This document shows positions 1 to 8,124 of a stretch of 64,000 nucleotides of DNA, piece by piece (positions within the stretch are counted from its first letter, which is position 1; each line of letters begins with the position of its first letter). A program made the position numbers and the translations under genes. The notes beneath the pieces are model-generated. The model worked only from the letters and a program-made list of their open reading frames with translations, was not told where the DNA came from and made no database searches. The stretch lies in the IMG/VR virus record IMGVR_UViG_3300044638_000550. One strand, given 5' to 3'. This DNA comes from an uncultured virus (IMG/VR IMGVR_UViG_3300044638_000550) (Duplodnaviria > Heunggongvirae > Uroviricota > Caudoviricetes).

Positions 1-82
1 CACTTGTGAAAGTCAACTCATTTTCCAAAACCATCAACGCTTCGTTGGTGATCTTGCTTATCGTCAATAAATTATTAGCCAT
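1..82 (-). CDS. Major capsid protein 5' end (partial, runs off window)
   Basis: Same sequence as the start of the coat gene at 33303 (MANNLLTISKITNEALMVLENELTFT). Confidence 0.9.
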   Translation of the reverse strand, partial: MANNLLTISKITNEALMVLENELTFTS

Positions 83-127
83 TTTTGGACTCCAAATAGA
101 TTAGGTTTACCGAATTTTTCCCGCTTT
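1..127 (+). repeat. Exact 127-bp direct repeat, copy 1
   Basis: Identical base-for-base to 33222-33348; first mismatch at 128 vs 33349. Confidence 0.95.
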
Positions 128-1009
128 GCGTGCCAATTTCCACGCCTGATAACTACCATGCCATTCGCCATTAGCGGACATAGGAACATCAGGCTGACCT
201 TGACCACCACGAATCGGTTGAATCGGTGCTGGTGCTTTACTTCTTACAACAGGGGCTGTCTGCTTAGTTTCAGGCTTTGCCTCAAACTTTGCTTCTAGTC
301 TCCCAATCTCTCTAAGCGCTGCATTCGGACTCAAGCTGGCAATTCTTTTGGCTAGGTCATTGTTTTCAGCTAGGTGATACAGGATTCTTGGGCCTACATC
401 ACTCTCCAGAATTGCATCTCGGACTGCGTTGTTTACAACTACGTCACTAGATGCGACCAAATCATCAAAATCGGGCATTTCTGCTTTGGCTTCCTGAACC
501 TTCTGCGCCCAAGATTGGATAATCTTTTGCTGCGCTTCCTGTTCTCTCGCCTGGGCAACTTGCCTGTCCCGTTCCGCTAACGCCTTTTCTGTCGAAAACT
601 CAGCTAGAGCCTTCGCATATTCAAACGCATCAGCGAACTGGCTTGGTTGTGGCTCTTGATCAATGTAAGACTGCTGTTGAGGCTGTCTTTGTTGTTCTAG
701 TGCCGCCAAACGCTGTTCTAAATCTACCCTAGCTTGGCGTTCCCGCTGGGCTTCTTGCCTAGCTTCCTCACGTTGCTTGGTTATCTCTGAGAACCGCTTT
801 TCAAGTTTAGGATTTTGCTTACGCTCACCCTCTTGGTTTGCTTCCTTTTCTGCCTCTTTCGGTTCACTCTGTTCTTCCTCGGCTACTGGCTCGGGAGTTT
901 CCTCAACCGCCTCAGTCTCCGCAGGGGATTCAGCTAAACCTAATCTGTTTGCATAAAATTCTGCTGCATTCTCGCTTGTCAATACTTGACCCGCTTCTTT
1001 ATCGGACAT
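107..1009 (-). CDS. Scaffolding protein
   Basis: Acidic coiled-coil protein between portal and coat, basic C-terminus; conserved in B. Confidence 0.8.
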   Translation of the reverse strand: MSDKEAGQVLTSENAAEFYANRLGLAESPAETEAVEETPEPVAEEEQSEPKEAEKEANQEGERKQNPKLEKRFSEITKQREEARQEAQRERQARVDLEQRLAALEQQRQPQQQSYIDQEPQPSQFADAFEYAKALAEFSTEKALAERDRQVAQAREQEAQQKIIQSWAQKVQEAKAEMPDFDDLVASSDVVVNNAVRDAILESDVGPRILYHLAENNDLAKRIASLSPNAALREIGRLEAKFEAKPETKQTAPVVRSKAPAPIQPIRGGQGQPDVPMSANGEWHGSYQAWKLARKAGKIR

Positions 1010-1029
1010 ACGTTTCCCAACGATTTGAC

Positions 1030-1047
1030 CCTATGAACCTCATAGGT
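1030..1047 (-). promoter_or_regulatory. Hairpin in scaffold leader (CCTATG-N5-CATAGG)
   Basis: Inverted repeat conserved in B near 34248-34264. Confidence 0.45.
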
Positions 1048-1084
1048 ACGGTTTAGTGGTTTTTACCACAAATTTATTTAAAAC

Positions 1085-3166
1085 TCAAATAGCCCGTTCT
1101 GTTGCCTCGGCATTCGCTGTGTTTAATGCGCCTTTGTCCACTTGAGCCAACAAAAGCGCAATTTCTTGTTTCATGCGTTCAATTTCAAGCTGCGTCTGTG
1201 TCCTGATAACCGTGTCGTTTGCTTGGCCTTCCACACGCAATTGCATTTCGGCACGATCACTTTGTTCACGAATTTGAGCCTCATCAATTCTGCCTTGCTC
1301 TTTCATCATGGTGCGTTGTGTCTCGGCTTGTTGTTTAAATTGCTCAACGTCCATGCGACTCTGTAGCATCATGTCTCTAGCCTGAACCGCTTGTGTAAGT
1401 TCCTGAATCTGCTTCTGCGACATAGCCAGCTGCATTTGAACCTGGGGAGGAATCTTAGACTTATCATCAATCTGAGCCATTGGGTTAGCAGCTGCCAAAC
1501 GGTCAGCAATAATGTCAGCACCAGGCCAATCCATGTTTCTAAACACCAAATCTCCCGCCACTTCCATAAGGCTAGGCGCAGCTGACAACAATGGCAGCAT
1601 ATTGTCCACGGCTTCTTGACGCTTACTGTTGTAGCCTGGGCCTGTTTCCATGACCACATCATATTGACCAACGCTAATGTCATTCAGCACTCGGCCCACA
1701 GAGTCCCGCTGATTGATCGTCAGCAATTCGGGCTTGCCATCGTCACCAATTATCCGCATCACACGTTCTGTGTCGTAAATCTTGGGGATTAAATCTAGGC
1801 AAATCTTGCCAACGTGAGCAATTGAACGGGTCAAATTGTCGTAATAGTCAAAGTTTGTCAGGTCAACTTGTTGTTGTTGACCGTTTAATGCTTTGCCTGA
1901 AATGTTGCCTTGACCAAGCTGTGCAGGGTCAAACACGCCCATGATTCCCTTAATGTCGTTGTCCACACCCATAGCCGCAGCCATGATGCCCGCTTGTGGC
2001 GGCTCGGGTTGCAGCCTTGTTGGGGGAGGCGCTGGGCGACCGTCAATGTCAGTCTGTTTGTATCGCAGAAGTGGGAAAGACTTAATATTGGCGTTTGTCC
2101 AATCGTTTTCGTGTCCCTCATCTTGGCCTTCAGCAAGCAGCCATTTGGCTTTGGGTGCTAATGCCACGCCTTCTGTGATGGAAGTCTGCCAAAAGTTATA
2201 CATCCGCTGTGGGTCTTTGGCATAGCGAATCATGCCAAACTTTTTGCGCTTGTCACCAATGACAATGTGTCTGCCATAGACGGGAACAATAGGAATGTAT
2301 TTGCCCGCCCAATCCCGTTCTTCCAAAACTTCAACCGCAGTTAATTTGCAGTATTTAATCGTTTTCTTGTAAGACTCACGGGTATCAACTACTTCAATGC
2401 CGTAATTAGCCAGGCGTGTAAAGAAATCTTTGTCATCAGCAAATGTCGCTGTGCCATCGCTCAAAAGGTACAGTTTTGCCTTTTCTTTGACTGTGTAGTA
2501 ATACTCAGCCAGGCGAATATCTTCTTTGGTGATCCACTCTGATTGTGAGTCGCCCGTTCCACGCTGGGTGAAACTTGTGCCGCCATCTTCTGCGTCAGGG
2601 TACAACTTTCGGAATTCATCCTTACGCATCATTGTTGTAATCAAACAACGGTCAGCATCAGACCCGTCTGGTAGGACTGAATTAGGGTCAAAGTAAACGG
2701 TAAAGGGATTGTCTATAGCATCAATATAAATTTCTTGATCAAACGAATCCTCTGAAATATAGTCAGTTCTGACCCGCATATAACCCCAACCCATGCGAAC
2801 TGCGTATTCAAACGCATTGTCGTAAGCATGGTCAGCGTTGGAGTTAACCTCAATGTGCCGAATAATCCCGCTAATGGTCTGTGCGTCAACCATGTCCTCA
2901 TGCGTGTTTGTGGCATGAACCTTAATTCGGGGGCGCTGCTGTCTCTGCTGATTAGAAACTTGGCGGCAATAATTGTCCACCTTGTTCACCACGATAACGG
3001 GGCGTGACTCAAGATTGCGGGAGTTTTGCAGCTCTACAGGCCATTGATCACCAGCACCAAACTTCAGGTCATCTAACGCCTCTTGACGGTTCATTGTGTC
3101 TGCGTCATTAGCAAACTTAAGAAAGTCAATTGCTTCCTGAATTCGTGGATCGTAATCATCAGCCAT
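1085..3166 (-). CDS. P22-like portal protein
   Basis: 693 aa, GDQW and YIPIVPVYG motifs, C-terminal Q-rich coiled coil, follows terL. Confidence 0.92.
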   Translation of the reverse strand: MADDYDPRIQEAIDFLKFANDADTMNRQEALDDLKFGAGDQWPVELQNSRNLESRPVIVVNKVDNYCRQVSNQQRQQRPRIKVHATNTHEDMVDAQTISGIIRHIEVNSNADHAYDNAFEYAVRMGWGYMRVRTDYISEDSFDQEIYIDAIDNPFTVYFDPNSVLPDGSDADRCLITTMMRKDEFRKLYPDAEDGGTSFTQRGTGDSQSEWITKEDIRLAEYYYTVKEKAKLYLLSDGTATFADDKDFFTRLANYGIEVVDTRESYKKTIKYCKLTAVEVLEERDWAGKYIPIVPVYGRHIVIGDKRKKFGMIRYAKDPQRMYNFWQTSITEGVALAPKAKWLLAEGQDEGHENDWTNANIKSFPLLRYKQTDIDGRPAPPPTRLQPEPPQAGIMAAAMGVDNDIKGIMGVFDPAQLGQGNISGKALNGQQQQVDLTNFDYYDNLTRSIAHVGKICLDLIPKIYDTERVMRIIGDDGKPELLTINQRDSVGRVLNDISVGQYDVVMETGPGYNSKRQEAVDNMLPLLSAAPSLMEVAGDLVFRNMDWPGADIIADRLAAANPMAQIDDKSKIPPQVQMQLAMSQKQIQELTQAVQARDMMLQSRMDVEQFKQQAETQRTMMKEQGRIDEAQIREQSDRAEMQLRVEGQANDTVIRTQTQLEIERMKQEIALLLAQVDKGALNTANAEATERAI

Positions 3167-3195
3167 GATGTTGCCCTAAGTGATTTGGAGTCATT

Positions 3196-4479
3196 TTAAC
3201 TCATCCAAGAATGTTGGCTACCATAATTTGCAGTTGGTCTTGGCCTTCTTCGCTCTCTAGGCTCATTAACCATTAAACCAATATATCTAAACGCATCAGC
3301 GCCATGCGAATAATTGTCATGTAGTGGCGTTCTGCTGAATTGTTTAGTATCTGGGTCTACATCGTAACGGTAATGGCGTAAGCATTGCAAGCCTTCGTGA
3401 CAGTTCTCACGGTCAAACCAACAATTGATAAAGATTGTCCTGGCTGCATTGATTGAGTCAAGAATAGGCGTTTTGGGGATTATCTTGGTTTTGTAGCCCG
3501 CAGCCCTTACGATTTCCTCAATGCTTCTACCGTTGGCTGCAAGGGTTTTATTCTCAGCATCGTGTGGCAGCCATAGCGTGTCGTACATATAACCAAATGT
3601 CTGCATCTTAGCCAGGTAGTCGCTCATGGTCTGCTGATTGCCTTCAATGTAGCGAATCAAACGGGTTTCCATGCCTATAAATTGTAAAAACCAAATCGCT
3701 GTGGCATCAGACCACCCAAGGTCAAAGATGGCATGAACTGGCTTAGTCGGGTCATAGTTCACTTTGGTAATGCGCCCATCCAACTCTGCCATTTGCATTT
3801 CTTTGGCAAAGATAGCCCCATCTACCGTCTGTCTGCATAAACCTTCCCAAACCACGTTGTAGGCTTGTGGATCACGGTGTTTAAGCGCATCCTTCTCAAG
3901 TTTCAGCGTTTCGGGAAACCACGGGTTGTCTGACCAATTGACCTTTTGAACAATGCAGTTCTCAGGCGGGTTAAGCACAAACCTTTGGTAAGTCTCATCA
4001 GTTTCCAACTCGGGGTTGAACGTAATCCATATTTCTGAGTTTTCTTTGCGGATAGTAGGAATTAGCACGTTCCACGACATACGGCTGGTTGTTTGGGCTT
4101 CCTCAACCCAGCACACATCTACGCCTTCGTAAGACTTGACATTAGCAACATTGTTCTTCAGGCCGACAAAGCTAAACTCTGTGCCGTTCTTTGCCCTAAT
4201 TGAAGCCTGGGTGATCTCATAGAACCCAAGCAGCCCTAATGCCTCAATCTGATCGCACAGCAGCTTGTGGACTGAATCTTTGATGGATGTTTGGAATTCA
4301 CGGGCGCAAAGCACTCTAATCGGGGCTTGAGCGCCTTTAATCAATAACGCCCTAGCAACCCCCCATGACTTAGCCCCGCCTCGTCCACCGTACAGGACTT
4401 TATAACGTGAGGGCTTAAACAGACATTGCAGCTTTAACGGGAATTCCGCTTTGGCAATGGATTGGGCTACTTCACTCAC
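3196..4479 (-). CDS. terL: Terminase large subunit
   Basis: YGGRGGAKS Walker A, WVEEA Walker B, DLGWSD and HGADAFRY nuclease motifs; GTG start overlapping terS. Confidence 0.95.
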   Translation of the reverse strand: MSEVAQSIAKAEFPLKLQCLFKPSRYKVLYGGRGGAKSWGVARALLIKGAQAPIRVLCAREFQTSIKDSVHKLLCDQIEALGLLGFYEITQASIRAKNGTEFSFVGLKNNVANVKSYEGVDVCWVEEAQTTSRMSWNVLIPTIRKENSEIWITFNPELETDETYQRFVLNPPENCIVQKVNWSDNPWFPETLKLEKDALKHRDPQAYNVVWEGLCRQTVDGAIFAKEMQMAELDGRITKVNYDPTKPVHAIFDLGWSDATAIWFLQFIGMETRLIRYIEGNQQTMSDYLAKMQTFGYMYDTLWLPHDAENKTLAANGRSIEEIVRAAGYKTKIIPKTPILDSINAARTIFINCWFDRENCHEGLQCLRHYRYDVDPDTKQFSRTPLHDNYSHGADAFRYIGLMVNEPRERRRPRPTANYGSQHSWMS

Positions 4480-4876
4480 TTGGCTTCACAAATGACACTT
4501 GGATGCCTGACAACAACGGTGCGCCATCAGCGCCTGTGATTTCTTGTTTCACTTGCTCACGGTACTTTTTGGGAAATCGTGCAGCCATTGACCTTGACCA
4601 AATCGTTGCATTCAGTCTCGGCCCATCCTTAGTCTCAACCATGTAAGAATCGGCTTGATCTTCCCACCACGCTTGCTCATGTTCCTTGGCTTCCTCCATG
4701 GCGTGCAAAAATTCGGGGTGATCATCACGCCATTGGTACATTGTCCTAAGTGAAAACCCTAGTCTTGAGGCGATCTGTTCCACGCTCTTTCCCACCTTGC
4801 CCAAGGCTATGACTTCCTCACAATATTTAGGATCGTAAAGGGACGGTCTACCAACGGGGCGCTTTTCTTCGGTCAT
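4472..4876 (-). CDS. terS: Terminase small subunit
   Basis: GRPSLY N-terminus, HTH, EITGADG tail, directly upstream of terL. Confidence 0.85.
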   Translation of the reverse strand: MTEEKRPVGRPSLYDPKYCEEVIALGKVGKSVEQIASRLGFSLRTMYQWRDDHPEFLHAMEEAKEHEQAWWEDQADSYMVETKDGPRLNATIWSRSMAARFPKKYREQVKQEITGADGAPLLSGIQVSFVKPSE

Positions 4877-4878
4877 GT

Positions 4879-5040
4879 TTATACGTCTGTCACTTCTGTA
4901 GGTTCAGCTTGCTTATCCAGTTCAGCCAACCAGTAATTGCAGTCTTGTAATGCACCATTGATCATGTGCAGTTGGACTTCAAGTTGTTTACCCTGAGTCA
5001 TCAGGTTTTCAATTTGCTTGTTGATTGCTTCTTTGTTCAT
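4879..5040 (-). CDS. Hypothetical 53-aa coiled-coil protein (A only)
   Basis: Read manually: MNKEAINKQIENLMTQGKQLEVQLHMINGALQDCNYWL...; fills the gap exactly. Confidence 0.7.
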   Translation of the reverse strand: MNKEAINKQIENLMTQGKQLEVQLHMINGALQDCNYWLAELDKQAEPTEVTDV

Positions 5041-5041
5041 G

Positions 5042-5320
5042 TTAACAGTTCCAGTTCTTTAATGATGCTTTAGCCCGTTCAGCAGGGCCTTTTGAGTTCT
5101 TTACAACGCCTTCCATTCTGGCGCAGAAACTTGCCTTGCGTCCTTCGTCCTTTTTGGTCTTGGGGTTTGGGGCGGGCGGCTTTAGGTTAGCGTTGTTTTT
5201 TGCGTTGTACTCAGCACGGCCTTTAGCGGTCATTCCCGCACCTTTATCTGTGGGGTTGTAGGTTTTACCCTTCCCGACAGTTTTATGCTCTATGGGCTTG
5301 TCGTGCTTTTTTGTAGCCAT
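5042..5320 (-). CDS. Conserved Lys-rich small phage protein
   Basis: PAPNP...RKASFCARM...LKNWNC; conserved in B. Confidence 0.75.
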   Translation of the reverse strand: MATKKHDKPIEHKTVGKGKTYNPTDKGAGMTAKGRAEYNAKNNANLKPPAPNPKTKKDEGRKASFCARMEGVVKNSKGPAERAKASLKNWNC

Positions 5321-5322
5321 GA

Positions 5323-5487
5323 TTATTTCTTTGCCGTTTTAGCAGATTGTTTGAAAGCAGCAGTTGTTGGTGCGCCCTTTGAGCCAGGCGTTCTCATACG
5401 CTCTACGGGTTTGCCCTCGGCTTTTTGACGCTCGATACGTTCTTGCTTTTTGTGGATGTTGGCATACAAGCCAGGTTTACTTGCCAT
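5323..5487 (-). CDS. Conserved basic small phage protein
   Basis: MASKPGLYANIH...AKTAKK; conserved in B. Confidence 0.75.
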   Translation of the reverse strand: MASKPGLYANIHKKQERIERQKAEGKPVERMRTPGSKGAPTTAAFKQSAKTAKK

Positions 5488-5489
5488 GA

Positions 5490-5774
5490 TCATTCCTCCA
5501 TTACAAAACAAACATCTTGCCAACTCATCTTGAGTAAGCGCTCGTCATTGTGCTTGATTTCTTCAAACTTTAGGTATTCGTCTTTGTATTCTTTGGCAAA
5601 TGTGCCAAAAGTAATACGGTCACCAACATTTAAACCCTCGGCTTGGGCATCAGGGCCAACCGCAACCACAGTTCCACGGCTATCAACTTCTGCGGATTGG
5701 ATATAGAGGGTGTCGCTCACAAGGCGCTTTTCGGGGCGCACAAGTATTTTGTCTCTCAAGGGTTGCAAGTTCAT
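5490..5774 (-). CDS. groES: GroES-like co-chaperonin
   Basis: LQPLRDKILVR, GTVVAVGP, LNVGDRI motifs. Confidence 0.85.
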   Translation of the reverse strand: MNLQPLRDKILVRPEKRLVSDTLYIQSAEVDSRGTVVAVGPDAQAEGLNVGDRITFGTFAKEYKDEYLKFEEIKHNDERLLKMSWQDVCFVMEE

Positions 5775-5989
5775 TTTGCATCCTTTGCGGGGCGACCACG
5801 TTTCTTAGGAGAAAAAGCACCCGCCTCTAGGACGGGTGTAACATCCTCCTCAGGGACGATGGCAACTAACTCAAATTCACCGCACCACTCTGTGTAGTGT
5901 CGGTTTTGGAAAGTGGGGTAGCGTCTGCATTGCCCCATTTGACCTATGTCATTGAAGTAAACACAAGCCTTACAATTCAGACCAGACAT
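5771..5989 (-). CDS. Small Cys-rich protein with C-terminal KKRGRP AT-hook-like motif
   Basis: CxxCxYF...CRRYP...WCGEF; homolog in B. Confidence 0.7.
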   Translation of the reverse strand: MSGLNCKACVYFNDIGQMGQCRRYPTFQNRHYTEWCGEFELVAIVPEEDVTPVLEAGAFSPKKRGRPAKDAK

Positions 5990-6058
5990 TTCAAATCCTT
6001 ATCATTTGTGATGTTTAGAAGCCCACTCAGTCGTGCATGACTGTTTGGGTTTCGCTTT

Positions 6059-6271
6059 TTAGCGGTACTCTGCTTTTGTTTTAGTGTAGCAAATACCGTC
6101 GGTTTTACCCGTATTAAATTGCTTGTCAGCGCCCATCTTATCTTCCTTACCCATAGCAACGCCACCACGCATTTTTTCCATGCGCTCGCCTGTACGGTCA
6201 GAAGATGCAGCGCCCTTTGGGGGTGTTGCGCCTGTTGTGCTTTTAGCCATTGTTGTATCCATTTTACCCAT
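6059..6271 (-). CDS. Hypothetical protein, first gene of late operon
   Basis: Near-identical in B (40119-40331). Confidence 0.7.
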   Translation of the reverse strand: MGKMDTTMAKSTTGATPPKGAASSDRTGERMEKMRGGVAMGKEDKMGADKQFNTGKTDGICYTKTKAEYR

Positions 6272-6299
6272 GATTTTTCCTTGCAAAGAATTTATGGTT

Positions 6300-6331
6300 T
6301 TGACTTTATGTCCAATATGGCACAATGTCAA
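6300..6331. promoter_or_regulatory. Overlapping opposed sigma70-type promoters (late promoter on minus strand)
   Basis: Minus: TTGACA-N17-TAAAGT; plus: TTGACT...TGgCACAAT; conserved in B. Confidence 0.6.
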
Positions 6332-6354
6332 CCACCATTTTAACAGGATTTGTC

Positions 6355-6525
6355 ATGGCTACAAACTTTGTCATCACCGCTTCTAAAACAAAAACTCCAA
6401 AAGAGCCTATGCACTACGAAAAGGTTTCCGAGCATCGTGCGGAAATGTCTCGCATTAAGGCCGTAGAGCAAGAACTAAAGCGCCATGAGGCTCAAGGCTT
6501 GGACAAGGCTCACAAGGGTAAGTGA
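6355..6525 (+). CDS. Conserved 56-aa protein on the opposite strand
   Basis: AGGA RBS; frame kept in B (40416-40586) with synonymous and conservative changes. Confidence 0.75.
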   Translation: MATNFVITASKTKTPKEPMHYEKVSEHRAEMSRIKAVEQELKRHEAQGLDKAHKGK

Positions 6526-6830
6526 GGCTTTGGCACTTCGGTAGGCCAACGCTCACCAAGTGCCTCAATCGTTGCGATGTGGGCTTTTAACCACATTTCT
6601 TTGCGCTCATCTTTGGATAGATGCGCCCCTTGGTCTATTTCGTAATGGCATTTAAGGCACAAAGCGGCTACTAAGTTGTCATCCGCTTTGATTCCCTTAC
6701 CCTTGCCCCCACCCCAATTGCTATGAGCCGCCTGAACGCCATTGTCCATGCCACAACTTTGACAAGAGAGAGCCGCCACTAGTTTCAGCAGCTTTTGACT
6801 CCTCACATACTGATGTTTCAGATATTGCAT
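6510..6830 (-). CDS. HNH-like Zn nuclease (DUF968/Ref-like)
   Basis: CQSCG...QAAH...ALCLKCH motifs. Confidence 0.7.
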   Translation of the reverse strand: MQYLKHQYVRSQKLLKLVAALSCQSCGMDNGVQAAHSNWGGGKGKGIKADDNLVAALCLKCHYEIDQGAHLSKDERKEMWLKAHIATIEALGERWPTEVPKPHLPL

Positions 6831-6948
6831 ATTCTTTGGTTTGGTACTTGTGACCGTTTAAGCATTGACGTTTTCTAAGGATAAATTCTGGGTTTGCCCT
6901 GGTATCTAAAACTTTGTTACCACGGGTTTTGCAAACTGGACACATCAT
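6721..6948 (-). CDS. NrdR-N-like zinc ribbon protein
   Basis: MCPVC...KVLDTR...RKRQC..GHKYQTKE; conserved in B. Confidence 0.65.
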   Translation of the reverse strand: MMCPVCKTRGNKVLDTRANPEFILRKRQCLNGHKYQTKEYAISETSVCEESKAAETSGGSLLSKLWHGQWRSGGS

Positions 6949-7346
6949 GTCTCTATTCCTTTGTCTGCCATCCAGCACAAAAGCCACTCAATAAATTCTG
7001 AGCCTTCCTCAACGGTAAATTTATGGCTTTGCAACCCCAGCTGCACAACCCTTTCACCATCTAGGCTTGGGGCAACTTTGCCAATCTTTCGGTTTGTCTC
7101 ATGCGCCCATTGGTCAATCAACAATCTTTTCCAATCGTCTGATGACCAGGCAGACCCTGCCGTTTTCATTTGTTTGGCAACCAAATCAATCAAACTGTGA
7201 AACATTGCGTTTTGGTCAGAACTGCGTGTGGCTTTTTTAACTTCCAGGCGCAGCTGCTTGCCCGCCTGGAGTGTTTCTTTGATCTTGGGCCACAAGTCTT
7301 TTAGGACGGTGTGGGCTTGTTGGCTGTTATGCAGGGTGTAAATCAT
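6945..7346 (-). CDS. ninB: NinB-family recombination protein
   Basis: RSSDQNAMFH, W..DDWKRL, SEFIEWL motifs. Confidence 0.85.
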   Translation of the reverse strand: MIYTLHNSQQAHTVLKDLWPKIKETLQAGKQLRLEVKKATRSSDQNAMFHSLIDLVAKQMKTAGSAWSSDDWKRLLIDQWAHETNRKIGKVAPSLDGERVVQLGLQSHKFTVEEGSEFIEWLLCWMADKGIET

Positions 7347-7432
7347 GGCTTAAACCCAAAAAAGTAAGCAACCAATGCCCAATGGACAATCAGTATTAAA
7401 CATAAAAGGGCGTAAACAACTTTATTGCTCAT
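7343..7432 (-). CDS. 29-aa hydrophobic peptide
   Basis: Read manually: MSNKVVYALLCLILIVHWALVAYFFGFKP; ATGA overlaps with both neighbours. Confidence 0.55.
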   Translation of the reverse strand: MSNKVVYALLCLILIVHWALVAYFFGFKP

Positions 7433-7848
7433 GCTTGCCTCACCATAACTTCAACCTTTGCCACTTCCCCGTAAACTTTTGTGGCGTGAATTGATGTGAT
7501 TTGCGAATCCGATAAAAAGACAATTTTGTCCATGCCATCGCATATTGCTTTAACCACGTTATCTAAATCGGGCTTTTTTGTGTGTTTTTCAACATCGCTT
7601 AAACAAGCCTCTGTGCGTTTTTTTGAATATGAGGCGGGAACGGGAAAGGTAACGTAAATAAACGCCTCTAATGCCCCTTCTAAGGCTTCTGAAGCACCCA
7701 TTGCCGCTTTTGCCATCATTCCAACTTCGGTTTCATAGGTTTTTGTCTTTTCAGGGGTGTAAGCAACGGGGAATTTCCCTCTGGTTGAAAACCTTGGTCT
7801 GCCTTTGGCTACGGGATGCCCGTAAACAGTAAACATAATAGAAATCAT
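7429..7848 (-). CDS. rusA: RusA-like Holliday junction resolvase
   Basis: KGRPRF, KPDLDN..K...DG, DSQI motifs. Confidence 0.9.
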   Translation of the reverse strand: MISIMFTVYGHPVAKGRPRFSTRGKFPVAYTPEKTKTYETEVGMMAKAAMGASEALEGALEAFIYVTFPVPASYSKKRTEACLSDVEKHTKKPDLDNVVKAICDGMDKIVFLSDSQITSIHATKVYGEVAKVEVMVRQA

Positions 7849-8024
7849 TTTTTATTTTTCAAATCGTTCATGCGTTTGCGTAACTCATCAGCAGCTGCCT
7901 GGCCTCGCTTCTTGGCAATGTCCGCTATTACTTGTTGAAACCAGTAATGGGCCTCGCCCCTGCCTTCCTCTAAAGATTTCTTTTTGAATCGCCTGATCCA
8001 TTCCATTGCTTCCGATTGCCTCAT
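7845..8024 (-). CDS. Hypothetical helical protein
   Basis: MRQSEAMEWI...IAKKRGQAAADELRKRM; conserved in B; start chosen manually. Confidence 0.6.
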   Translation of the reverse strand: MRQSEAMEWIRRFKKKSLEEGRGEAHYWFQQVIADIAKKRGQAAADELRKRMNDLKNKK

Positions 8025-8124
8025 AGTCTCCCGTAAGTTCAAGCGCTCTTGTAATGACAAAGTGGCTAAATTGTTGGCCTTCTCTAACCCGATCAAGGAT
8101 TTTGTGGGCTTCATAGTGATTCAT
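7888..8124 (-). CDS. Hypothetical protein overlapping the next gene
   Basis: MNHYEAHKILDRVREG...ALELTGD; conserved in B; coupled to upstream stop. Confidence 0.6.
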   Translation of the reverse strand: MNHYEAHKILDRVREGQQFSHFVITRALELTGDYEAIGSNGMDQAIQKEIFRGRQGRGPLLVSTSNSGHCQEARPGSC

